In this document: positions 46,472 through 57,400 of the stretch, piece after piece | How the letters are laid out: every line of letters starts with the position of its first letter | Numbering within the stretch: the first letter of the stretch is position 1 | DNA from: a virus | DNA length: 64,000 nucleotides | Strand: one strand, 5' to 3' | IMG/VR virus record: IMGVR_UViG_3300044991_001301 | The notes under the pieces: generated by a model | Seen by the model: the letters and a program-made list of their open reading frames with translations, nothing else | What the model was told of the DNA's origin: nothing | Database searches by the model: none | Translations under genes and position numbers: made by a program

Positions 46472-47264
46472 ATAAACTCTTACTTATTTTATCACAAAAA
46501 TTCTTCAATTGATAGTGAAATGGGTACAATTGTGGGTTAGTATTTACCCGTAAGGTGTGGGGCAGTATTTCATAAACAAACGTATCTGTCCAATCTGCGG
46601 TGGGCAAATCATTAATAAACTGTTTCATATGCACCATGCTCATTGCTGTAAAGTTAGGCAGTGTTGTTTTTTCTACGCCAACAATGTGACTGGCAATAGC
46701 ATATACCCAATCTGTGGTTGGTAGCTCATCTCTATTACATTTGAGAATAGCAATATATTGATTCCAGTTTTCAAATATATCCCTCACTACTTCAAAAAAC
46801 AAACGAGCAGTATCAGATTTCTTAAAATAGGTGATAGCGTTGTAGCAGTCCGGCAATGCATTGTCGTCAATAAATTTTCTGTATGCTCGCGAAGTAGAAA
46901 TGTCTTGTCTAAAGTTTCTAATGGTCGTGGATATCACAACATCACGCTGCTGTAGAGTGTGCCACCAATGGTCTATAGAGCTAGGTAGATACAAATCTGC
47001 TTCTAACTTAATAGTGTATTCATATGGACTAGCCTCATATACTTGCCAATCATTAGATAGCTTCCAATTGCTAGTAGGATCAATATCACCGTATGGTAGC
47101 TTAATAACCTGATCAAATGCTTTACATAGAGTAGTGTTGTCGCTAATAAGTGATACATTAGCAGATGGCATTTGAGCTTTAATGCTTTGTGCCAAGACCT
47201 CAGCACATTTAACATAGTCAACATCAGCGGTATTTTGAGCGAGGATTACAAATCCTTTAGTCAT
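46461..47264 (-). CDS. Putative nucleotide-diphospho-sugar transferase (GT8-like); ExD variant
   Basis: KGFVILAQN..DYVKCA..LAQSI and YEASPYEYTIKLEAD. Paralog of 47261..48064. Confidence 0.55.
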   Translation of the reverse strand: MTKGFVILAQNTADVDYVKCAEVLAQSIKAQMPSANVSLISDNTTLCKAFDQVIKLPYGDIDPTSNWKLSNDWQVYEASPYEYTIKLEADLYLPSSIDHWWHTLQQRDVVISTTIRNFRQDISTSRAYRKFIDDNALPDCYNAITYFKKSDTARLFFEVVRDIFENWNQYIAILKCNRDELPTTDWVYAIASHIVGVEKTTLPNFTAMSMVHMKQFINDLPTADWTDTFVYEILPHTLRVNTNPQLYPFHYQLKNFCDKISKSLYAR

Positions 47265-48064
47265 TTTATTAACTCTAAGAAGTTATCTTTTTGCATAACG
47301 TGAAAGTCCATATCTTTAATAGTCATATATTCTTTTCGGATCTTAGCACGTTGCCAATTATCAAACATCACAGTATATTCAGTATTAAATTCATCAGTAG
47401 AATTTGCATAGATTGAAGTGTTCTTGCCAATATGGGTTAAGTTCCATGGAATGATATCTTCTGCTTGCATTAAATGCCCATTAGCAATCCTAAGTGCTAA
47501 CGTTAACGCATAGTCATTACGATAGACCCCTCCTATAAAACTATGAATATTACCATAATGCTCATAGTTTTTCTGAACCATTTCCAAACACTCAAATATT
47601 TGCTTTGCTCTATTGGTTTTTCTAAAGGCTATCACAGTGGCCCATAGTGTTTTATAGCTGTATGCGCTTAATACTTCTTGCGCTGCGCCCACATTCATCA
47701 GAAAAGTAGTGGCATCGTGACAGCAAAAATCAATTGAAGTCTCAAATGTTTTTAACAGTTTAGATGAATTAACCATATAGTCGGTATCTAAGAGCAAGGT
47801 TTCATCATATGGACTAAGTTCATATGCTTGGTATCTGCCCTTATTAATCCAAATACTATAATCACGAATGTTGCCTTTATCCGGCTTAGTTATTATCACA
47901 TTATCAAATTGATAGTCAACTTGGTCTGGGATTGAACTTTCATCCGTGACTATGGTTACCGGCATTGATAAAAAATGATTTATACGTTTAGCTGTTGCTA
48001 CTGCCATTGTGTAATAGTTATACTTTGGCGAGTTAAAGGCAAACAAGATTGCACCTCTAGTCAT
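47261..48064 (-). CDS. Putative nucleotide-diphospho-sugar transferase (GT8-like)
   Basis: RYQAYELSPYDETLLLDTD (DxD), WATVIAF, YRNDYA and HVMQK. Confidence 0.6.
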   Translation of the reverse strand: MTRGAILFAFNSPKYNYYTMAVATAKRINHFLSMPVTIVTDESSIPDQVDYQFDNVIITKPDKGNIRDYSIWINKGRYQAYELSPYDETLLLDTDYMVNSSKLLKTFETSIDFCCHDATTFLMNVGAAQEVLSAYSYKTLWATVIAFRKTNRAKQIFECLEMVQKNYEHYGNIHSFIGGVYRNDYALTLALRIANGHLMQAEDIIPWNLTHIGKNTSIYANSTDEFNTEYTVMFDNWQRAKIRKEYMTIKDMDFHVMQKDNFLELIK

Positions 48065-48366
48065 CGCTTTCTCTCTAGTTCACTCCATTCATCATACCAT
48101 TCTTGCATGGTTTCATCGTAGATGGATTGTAATTTAGTTAAAAGGTCGCTGCGATTTACTTTAACTGGATTAGCGAATGTGTCTATGAGAATGATTGTAT
48201 CAGAGAGAGTGGCGTTTAAGAAATTGATTGTTTCTAAATTGACTTTCCAAAGACCACCTTGATCAGCAACAATAAGCTTGCTATCATATTTTTCTTTAAG
48301 GTAGGCTTTGGCTGAGCTATGATTGAATCTAGCTCGGGCATCACTAATTAATGTTTGTGTATCCAT
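48061..48366 (-). CDS. Hypothetical protein heading the modification island
   Basis: AAGGAG SD and CTAAATA (48384-48390) upstream. Confidence 0.6.
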   Translation of the reverse strand: MDTQTLISDARARFNHSSAKAYLKEKYDSKLIVADQGGLWKVNLETINFLNATLSDTIILIDTFANPVKVNRSDLLTKLQSIYDETMQEWYDEWSELERKR

Positions 48367-48415
48367 CTAACACTCCTTAAGAGTATTTAGATGGATACAG
48401 GGGAGTAATTAAAAA

Positions 48416-49369
48416 TTACGAGCCAGTAACCGTGCCAGTTACTGCGGGCGCGCCCCACGATGCTGATGGCAAATAAACTGATTCAGGCGGCCGTATAGTC
48501 ACCGTAGTAGCTGATCCAGCAGACGCTGAGAGTCCGTCAGGTACTTCATCCCACAGTGTGTAAATGGTAATTATGCTTCCGGCGTCACCATTTGATCCCT
48601 GAGTTCCATTTGATTTAGTTATTACACGAATAAACGTGCTTAAATAACCAGATGGGCCAGTCGATGCTAGTTGAGTAAACACATTAGCATTTGATGTTGT
48701 TTGCGCATAATAACCAGAGTTAGCACTAATAGTAGGAGTGTTGCCGCCGCCGGCTATTTTAGTCACTCCATTATACGAAGTAGATGCCACTGTGATCGAA
48801 CCTGATGTAGGGGAGCTTAATACCACAGTACCAATGTTACTAGCTAATCCGTTTAATAGTAAATTGATGCCAGTTCCAGCTGGATGCGAACACGTTACTG
48901 CCAACTGCCCACCCGCGTTAAAGAAGTATCTAGCCGCATCACCCGAAGCAAATGTTATAGTATGGACGAAGGTTAAAGCCGAGCTCCAAGTACTTGCGTA
49001 TGTCGCTGTGTTAGAACTAGTACTACCTTGCGTTGCTGCGTTTAGCCGATTGGTATAGATAGTGGTTAGGTTAGTAGGAATAGCTGACAAATATGTTACT
49101 GTTCCTCCCGCACTAGGGGCAACTACACTGGTAATTGAAGAACCCTGATGTGATGCTGAATTTGCAGTATTGTTAATGAGTGAAGCCCACTGAGATGCGG
49201 TTACACTAGTTCCGACGGCGACATTAGCAACAGCAGTTTGCCCATATCCGGCTGCTGTACCACCAGTAGCCCATACGGTATTCAATCTGCCACTAGTAAT
49301 TACAGGGTTTCCACCAACCAAAGTGTTATAATCTGTGGCTTCAATCAAGCCATATTGTGCGTAAGTCAT
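48416..49369 (-). CDS. Virion structural (tail/baseplate-associated) protein
   Basis: S/T/G/A/N-rich, beta-rich composition, ARYFFNAGG motif, located in the tail gene run. Confidence 0.6.
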   Translation of the reverse strand: MTYAQYGLIEATDYNTLVGGNPVITSGRLNTVWATGGTAAGYGQTAVANVAVGTSVTASQWASLINNTANSASHQGSSITSVVAPSAGGTVTYLSAIPTNLTTIYTNRLNAATQGSTSSNTATYASTWSSALTFVHTITFASGDAARYFFNAGGQLAVTCSHPAGTGINLLLNGLASNIGTVVLSSPTSGSITVASTSYNGVTKIAGGGNTPTISANSGYYAQTTSNANVFTQLASTGPSGYLSTFIRVITKSNGTQGSNGDAGSIITIYTLWDEVPDGLSASAGSATTVTIRPPESVYLPSASWGAPAVTGTVTGS

Positions 49370-49378
49370 TTATTATCC

Positions 49379-50605
49379 TTATCTAATCATTACGATGGCT
49401 TCTACTGTCCCGATAGTAGTAGAAGCCTTCTCAGTTAATGATCTGCCGATAGTATTGAATGCGCTTGCTTCACCGACTATGGCTGCTCTAGCAATACCAT
49501 TTCCAGCACTTACTAATCGTTGACCTTTTCTAACTGGACCAGTAACCTTAACTTGAACTCTGCCGCTAACAGCAACTGGCGGGTGAGTAGAATCATTTCC
49601 GGCGCCCGAGTTCATTAAATATGCCGCAGTATTAGAGATTACTCCAAATACATCTTCACTTAAATCGTGTCTGACAGCAGTAATTTCTTTATCACCGCCG
49701 AGTTCAACCACTGTGCCAGGGCTGTATGAATCATCAGCTTCAAATCTTTCAGCCAAGTCAGCGTATGTAGCATTTAGCCGCGAACCTGAACTTAATGTCC
49801 AATTACCAGTGATTACCCCTGCATTTGACGACACGCCGGTCGTTAAGATAGGAGTTTGAATATTTGAAGATAAGATGTTTCCACCAAATACCGGTAGATA
49901 ACTAGCTACGTTCGAATTCGCATAGGTGCCTGCAAAGCTAATAGGGGTGCCATTAGCATACATATATTTGTCTGTCTTAATACCGTATAAATTCGCGCCA
50001 GCAGAATTACTAATGAAAATTCCACCGGTATTAAAAATAACAGCGTTAGCGTTAGCGCCTCCCGGGCCACCATTAATAGTCCACAAACCTGTCAACGTCC
50101 CTGCCGTAGTAGCAGCACCGGTGGTGATCGCAGTAGTAGTAAGCGTACCGATATTAGCAGTCGTTGTAGTTGAATCTACTATACTTGCATTCGCAGATAC
50201 CGTCAAATATGAAGTGAATATCGCATTCGCATTTGAATTATTTACCGCAGATATATTATTCGCCGACAAATTACCAGTGACTGTAACTGCACCAAATGTC
50301 GTTGCACCACCACTACTGGTAGATGTCAACCCCAACCATGCTGCTGCGTTAGACTCTCCGTCAGTAGGGCACACATACAGTGTGCTGTTGTTTGTATTAT
50401 ACCATAGCTGCCCTCTTAGAGGATTGGCCGGTGGCGCCGTGTCAGCGAAGTTCTCAGCCATATGGGTGAAGTTAGTATCTAACGCCTGTCCATAACCTGC
50501 GTAATTTCTACCCGGAAGACCAAGACTTGTACTAGTAGTATTAATAGTACCATCGGCGATGGTCGTTAATACTGTACCGTCACTTTTAACAATCGTATAT
50601 GCCAT
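49379..50605 (-). CDS. Tail fibre-like protein with C-terminal autoproteolytic chaperone-like domain
   Basis: N-terminal GRNYAGYG...ENFA...P.NPL.GQLWY. C-terminal YADLAERFEAD...PGTVV...GVIS...AYLMN...VAVSGRV.VKV.G.V.KGQRLVS (peptidase G2 IMC-like). Confidence 0.7.
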   Translation of the reverse strand: MAYTIVKSDGTVLTTIADGTINTTSTSLGLPGRNYAGYGQALDTNFTHMAENFADTAPPANPLRGQLWYNTNNSTLYVCPTDGESNAAAWLGLTSTSSGGATTFGAVTVTGNLSANNISAVNNSNANAIFTSYLTVSANASIVDSTTTTANIGTLTTTAITTGAATTAGTLTGLWTINGGPGGANANAVIFNTGGIFISNSAGANLYGIKTDKYMYANGTPISFAGTYANSNVASYLPVFGGNILSSNIQTPILTTGVSSNAGVITGNWTLSSGSRLNATYADLAERFEADDSYSPGTVVELGGDKEITAVRHDLSEDVFGVISNTAAYLMNSGAGNDSTHPPVAVSGRVQVKVTGPVRKGQRLVSAGNGIARAAIVGEASAFNTIGRSLTEKASTTIGTVEAIVMIR

Positions 50606-50635
50606 ATTCTTTAACTCCGCTGCCTTGTATTTATG

Positions 50636-51256
50636 TTAAATTGTTACTAAATTCGTTAAGGATTGGATCCTAACGGTGTAATCAATTTGTATCTGTCTGT
50701 TCAAACTTTTTTGTACTGGGTGAAAGATTACGTGGGTTAATAATCTAGTTATAACATTCCCTCCGCTATCTGTACCGTAATTAGCTAATAATCCAAGCTC
50801 ATCAAAAACATATTCGCCTGCTGTCTGCGTACTATTGTCAAACGCAGCTTGTCCTGCAGGCTCACCGTAGTCTAGTAAGCACTGTACCAGAATATCGGTA
50901 TAGACTTTTCCAGTGGTATGAGACACGGTCATTTTATTTCTTGTTGGATCTAAGTTAAAAACGCTAGTATCATCTACAATTTTAACATAAGTTTCGTTGT
51001 ACAATGCCGCATTCTGACCGGTTGTATTAGGTGGTAAATAGGTTATAGTTCCAGTTTCATCAACTGATGCCCCGCCATTTCCAAATGCCATCTGATAGAT
51101 TTCTCCGTAGCCTCGACTGCTTAGCGTGTCCGCGATAGCTTCAGACATATTTTCGTAATTTATACTATTCCTTTTATCTACCAATATTTCTCCGGTATTA
51201 GGGTCGTGTATTTTTAGAAAACCTTCAATTTTGTATGATAAAGTAATGACTGACAT
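50636..51256 (-). CDS. Baseplate/tail-attachment structural protein
   Basis: MAFGNGG, FDELGL, LLTHVIFHPVQKS and IDYTVRI, in the tail gene run. Confidence 0.6.
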   Translation of the reverse strand: MSVITLSYKIEGFLKIHDPNTGEILVDKRNSINYENMSEAIADTLSSRGYGEIYQMAFGNGGASVDETGTITYLPPNTTGQNAALYNETYVKIVDDTSVFNLDPTRNKMTVSHTTGKVYTDILVQCLLDYGEPAGQAAFDNSTQTAGEYVFDELGLLANYGTDSGGNVITRLLTHVIFHPVQKSLNRQIQIDYTVRIQSLTNLVTI

Positions 51257-51408
51257 TAGCTATCGCCTCTTTTTTGTACTAGAATTTCGTTTGAATTAGG
51301 ATCAGATATTTTCAGATGTGACAAAAAATAGAATCCACCAACGTCGTTGGGCTTGGATTCCGGTTTATTTTGCTGTTTTTCTTGACTGGCTGAGGTCTTT
51401 TCATTCAT
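51256..51408 (-). CDS. 50-aa small protein resembling the N-terminus of the downstream gene
   Basis: MNEKTSASQEKQQNKPESKPNDVGGFYFLSHLKISDPNSNEILVQKRGDS*, with TAATG coupling and ATAAATA upstream. Confidence 0.6.
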   Translation of the reverse strand: MNEKTSASQEKQQNKPESKPNDVGGFYFLSHLKISDPNSNEILVQKRGDS

Positions 51409-51424
51409 ATTATTTATTTATCAT

Positions 51425-54400
51425 TTACGATTGATCCTGATTTAAGAAAATTGCAGAAGCAGTTGTGCTAATTTGTAATGGATCGCCATCTACTAGATTG
51501 AAAGTATAAGAATTCCAAGTTTGATTGTATTGTACATCTGTCATACGGTTAGATGATAAGATGCTAAATATTTCGCTGTATAAAGGAACATAAACTTGTT
51601 CACCGGTACCATTTGCCCCGCGTTGTAATCCAGACAGTGTATTATTCACTGTGTCCACTGACGAGAACTTTATTTGCTCTCCGTTAACGTAAATTAAATT
51701 ACCTTCAATTATTGTAATAGTCAACTGATCACCCGGGGCTATCCAAGATCCTGAAGTAATTTGCAAGATTGGAGACAGTTCCTCTATCACAATTTTATAA
51801 TTACTACTGTTTATTTCCGCAGAAGTAGTGTTGTTATACACCGATACATTAGAAATAATCCTCTTATCTGCTGTTAAACCAATACTCATTAGATTTGCCA
51901 CTACCGCAGGAGCAGTTGCTATCTGAGTAACAGTATCTGTCAAACGAGTAATGTCATCAACATAAATTACAGTATCAGTGTTAAATAGTGGCTGAACTAA
52001 CCAAGTTCTTGTCAATGTGTTAGCCCTGTACACCGCTGCAGAATTCTGCTGATTTACGTTTAACAAGTACACTTCCTCATTAGGAGTCGCCGATGGCATC
52101 ATACTGGTTATTATTACTTCATCAGCCGCATCAACAACTGTTAGTATGCCAATTTCATTCGCCGGGTTCAACCGTAAACTTGATGATGGGATTCTGTATC
52201 CGTTTACAGTAACCCACAATCTATTCACATTAGTTTGTTCCCATTGTGTTACATACATTGTTCCAGAATCTGATGTTAATATAAACGGTGTGCCGTTCCT
52301 CTCTTCAGATATTACAAATTCTGTCACACTAGTTATTTCAATAATATAGTATGTGGTGCCAACAACAATACCGCCCAATGTAATATCACCTATTATTGAG
52401 CCTGGCGCAGTAAATATGACGGGCGTATCTACTACTAATAATGCAGTTGAGGGGACTACAATTTTGTTATGCAGAGAGGCAGTGTCACTGGCTGTGGTGT
52501 CTATAATTTCAAAGGAATTACTTAGCCAAACATATCCTCCACTAGTATATGATGACACCGAAGTTATTGGGTAATTTACCGCTGAGTAAGCCGGATCATA
52601 TGGTTGTTCATACAAGTCAAATTGTACGTCATTAATCACATGAACATAATACGTATTGTTGTTTAGTTGAGTAGACCCAACCACGCCGTCTATTCTTACT
52701 ATGTCGTTTTCAGATAAGTTATTAACCATTCCAGTTGTTACACGCACAGCTGGCTGACCGCCAACATACGCGACCAATAGTCCTGTACCTCCAACTAATA
52801 CTACTGCACTTCCGCCGAGCGTTGTACTAATCTGAAATTCGGTGCTTGTAAACCCGGATAGTACAAAATAAACAGTACCGGCTGAGTTAATGCTCGCGTC
52901 AAAACTAGTTCCCTTGAACTCTACCGTTTGATCGGCAACAAACCCACTAGTAGAATTACAAGTGATTAAATTAGTCCCTGCAGTAGTAGCTGTTATGTTA
53001 GTGATTGATATCGGTGGAGTAATAACATTACTAATAGAAGTTATGTCAGATACCGTGACACCAGTAATCCCATATTGCGTATTCAGATACTGTCTATCAG
53101 TTAAATTGTATGATGTAACCGCAATAACGTCATTTAGTAATGGAGCCGTAGTAAATACTATCTCATTTAATGAATTATCAATAATATACTCAGTATCAGA
53201 CTGTCGTAATCCGTTAACTTCAACGATAGCATTTGTCGGGTTATCATCAGCGACATAATTTGCCAATACAAACGTATCGGTAGTTCCGTCACCGGTAAAC
53301 AGTTCTGTTTCCGGGATAGTGTATCCGTATTGTGTAGGGGTAGTTTCCCCGAACAAAGTATAGGTTAAGTAATCTACTGTGTTATTGTATGACGCAGCTA
53401 GCATAATTTTCGCTGAAACCCCATTCTCGGCTATACCAAATGAATAGTCATTTGATATGAATTCTGCTCCACCGGTTGCAGTAGTAAGCACTAACACATT
53501 ACCTGGATTAGCAGGATCCTCTAATGTAAATTCATTAGCATCTACGATACTATAAATGACGTATGTTGTTTGCGGTATAATAATCCCACCAAACATAGTG
53601 TCACTAAAGACTACTACAGTACCTACTACCAACCCACCTGTTGTGTTACAGGTTACTGCATTATTTGTTGCTTTAGTTCTGGTGACTGTTCCAGTTAACC
53701 CGTGCAATAATTTCACACCATTGTGATACATTAATGGTTCAGCCCACGGCGCGCCCGATCCAACAGCAATAACTACATACATCGAACCCACAGCAGTTGT
53801 AACCACAAAAGTAGGACCTGCAGTACCTGAAGTGAAATTATATGAACTTGATACAGTAATACTACTAGTTACTGTGCTAATTGTTTTAACATAATAGGTA
53901 GTATCTTCTAATATGTTGCCAAACGTAGTACCTTGGAATGTTATCGGGTCATTAAGTACAAAATCCTTTACTCCCACGCAAGTAATAGTATTCTCTATCG
54001 CAGTAGTTTTTATTGCTTCAACTGCTATGGGTGCCGTTCCAGGTCTAATAACGCCACTGCCGGAGAATATAGTAGCAGAATAGTTACAATTTACATATAT
54101 TTCATTCCACCCTGTGGTTAGATTAACACGAATTGGATCTGTCTTTGTATTAGCCTTAACCAATTGGTTTCCGTTTCCTGTTTCATACACATCAATTCGT
54201 AATGTATCAGTGATTGGAGTGAAAGATAACGGGATAGCTAAAGTTATCACATTAGTAATCCAATCGATACTGTAATCAGGTTCGTATATCGAGGTGCTCG
54301 TACCAGTAATGCCGTCTATGACAAACACTGCAAGTTGCGCCGGGGTCTGTGCTACTAAATCAAAACTGTAATCAGTCTGAGTGGCTGAGGTTGGTTGTAT

Positions 54401-57400
54401 TTCGATTGACAGCACGTTATAACCCACGTGCTGATATACAGTTTCTGGCCAATTTGTGCCAGGTCTAGTAGCCACTGTCAACGTTATGTTATCGCTTATG
54501 ATGCCGGCTACTAGTTCCTCAGGACCATATCCAGCCTGAAACGGATCACCCTGTACATCATACACAGTGGGTACTACAACAAATATCGAAGAGCTAGTCC
54601 AAGTTACTCCATTATCAGAGCTTAGAATAATAGTGTTGTTATCACCTACCACAGTCCACGTAGCCGCAGTCGCGTTATATACCAAACTATTTAAGTTTTC
54701 TAGCGTACCAGAGACTTGCGTTACCCATACATAACCGTCCACCGATGTTCTAATTAACCCGTCATTACCGACGGCCATAAATATAGAATTATCAAATAAC
54801 ACATCATTTAGATCACTTGTACTTGGATACAAATACATATAAGTTGTTGTGCTTGGATTAACATCATTTAACGTGATTGGCAGTCCACCCAATGAAGTAC
54901 TAATCTGAAGTTGTGATTGGGTAATAATGTTCACCACATAATAGGTGACAGAAGACGATATTACGTTAAAAGAGTTAGAGAATCTAATCTCATCATTTAC
55001 CAAGAATCCATCAGTATTAGAAACGTTGATATTATTAGTGTCAGAATTTACACTAACAACTGCAACTTCATTCACGCCTAGCCAAACAATGCCAGTTTGA
55101 CTAGTGTAAATAACACCGTTCTCTCCAACAGCAACCATAATATTACCGTTGTCCGTTATGCTATAAAACCCATTAAAACTATAAGCCGGGCTTTGTGACC
55201 ATGAGATACCGTCTAAGCTAGTTAGCACCAGATTTACATCTATAGTTTCAGTTAGTCCGGTTGAATAATCAGGAATCTGCCCTTTACCTATGGCTACAAA
55301 TCCATAATATGAGTTTGTACTCACTCCCTTAACGCCGTACAAAGTGTTAACCAATCCATTTGTGAACGTAAATCTATTTGTCCAGATAGATGCGTCAACA
55401 CTTGATGCAATGCTGCTGCCGGCCACAATGTACACTCCGTCACGATACCCAACAGAATTCAATGCCATACCTGATGAGCTTAAGGTTACTGACTCGTTCG
55501 GTAACAAAGCTGTGGGTATATAGCGGCCTCCAGCAGTCCAAGTGATCGCGTTAGTACTACGTAAGATAGGAGTAGCAATGTTAGTAGTCGTGATAAGGTA
55601 TATTCCATTTACATATATAATACCAGTCAGACTTAACACTGAGTTGGCTAGTTTATCAATAACCCAATTTTCACCGTCACTGCCCGACACAACACCCGAA
55701 TACGTTGATGTTTCAGCAGGACTAAAGTAACTTGTTCCGGTCCAGATTATCGCTTTCATATCAACTTCAGTGGGATAGAATGGTTGATCCTGTAAGATAG
55801 TATCTATTTGGAACTGTTCGTCAGGGGCAAACGCATTGCCTTTATACGTGCTGTTTGGATATTGTATCCCGCTAACTAATTGAGTTAAGTCGTAGCCGGG
55901 CATATTAGCAGTCGGTTGATAGTAACCAATAACTCTATCTAAAGCATTTAATCTGCGATCACCTGAATCTAACAACTGCCACTTACCAAATATAAATTCA
56001 GAATCGTGGTTGCTAATTAGACAACTGTAGACTCTATTGTTATACCGAACAATACTCTGATTAAAATAGAACGGTTCCGGTAAGACTGCATATGAGCCAT
56101 ACTTAGCCATTGTGAAATCTTGCAATAAAGTAGTAGACAACACTTCAACAGAACCAACATCGTTGGGAACAGTACCAACAGTTAGCGGTGATACAGTGAG
56201 CACGTAATATATTTGTCCTAATATTAATCCTCCGGCTACTGATCCAGTAAACACCACTGCATCATTAACTGCAAATTCACTTACGCTGTTAACTGTAATA
56301 CTATTTGATCCACTAGTAGTTCCGGTTACCGTAGTTGAGATTATGCCTATATAGGGGAAATCAATACCTGATACCGGTACAGTCATTAACGGATTTGAGA
56401 ATACAGCTAATTCAGTAGATGAAATTACTCGCAAATAATAGCTGTCAGAAATACCAGGCACTGTGCCTGATCTGATAACACTTGTTATTTCACCGCTAGT
56501 CCCGATTGCCACAACAGTTAGGGTAAGATCATTATTCGGAGTTGTTCCTCCCACGCTACTGCCTGATATTAAGATGGTATTATCAATAGCATATCCTGTA
56601 CCCGAATCAGTGATAATAGCCTGATAGCCACCCATACGATAACTAACACTGAATAGTGGTGGTGTTAGCGGATACTGGACTAAATTAACTACCGCAGTCT
56701 CGGTAGTTAATACTTCTACACTTCCACCAAGACTTGTTGATACTTGTATGTACGGTGATCCGGTACCTGTCATTACTCCGTTGTCTACCGTCAGGGTTGT
56801 TATTGCCCCTCCCGGTGTATTAGTCAGCACAAACTGTGTTCCATTAACAATATGTCTAACATAATATTCTACATTGAGATCGATAGTGCCTAGCGGTACA
56901 CCGGAGAATATAATCGGCATACCTATGTATAATGAATCAGTCGTGTCACAAGTTACCGCACTTAGAGAGCAAGTAAGTGTTGAGCTTATAACATTTTGTG
57001 AGTTTGTTACAAAATAAGAGCCTACCCCGCCAGGTGTGCCGGCTATTTGTGAGACCACCTTAGTGCCAGGAATGACGGTGCCGCCGGCCAAAGAACAGCC
57101 CGGAACTACCGCGCCCGATGTGACACCGGTAACTGTTAGTAAGCTTACTGGCGCGCCTGATAGTATGTCTCCGGTAATTACCGCTGACGCAATAGATGGT
57201 GAAGTAGAAGTAACGTCTACCTCAATGTATCCAGAATCTACTACATAGTATGTTGTTCCTGTTACTAGGCCACCAATATTTGTTTCAACCTGTAATGGAA
57301 AATTATCATATATGTTTGTTAATCCACCACTGTAGCTACTGATCGCAACCCTATCTACGGTATCAATAGTTGATTGTATCTCTCGCGTAACTAATGAACT

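Noticed and set aside
24359-48064. Bacterial O-antigen/capsule locus or antibiotic biosynthetic cluster
   Set aside because: No transporters, polymerases or regulators are seen, and the region is flanked by virion genes and carries T4-type late promoter motifs.
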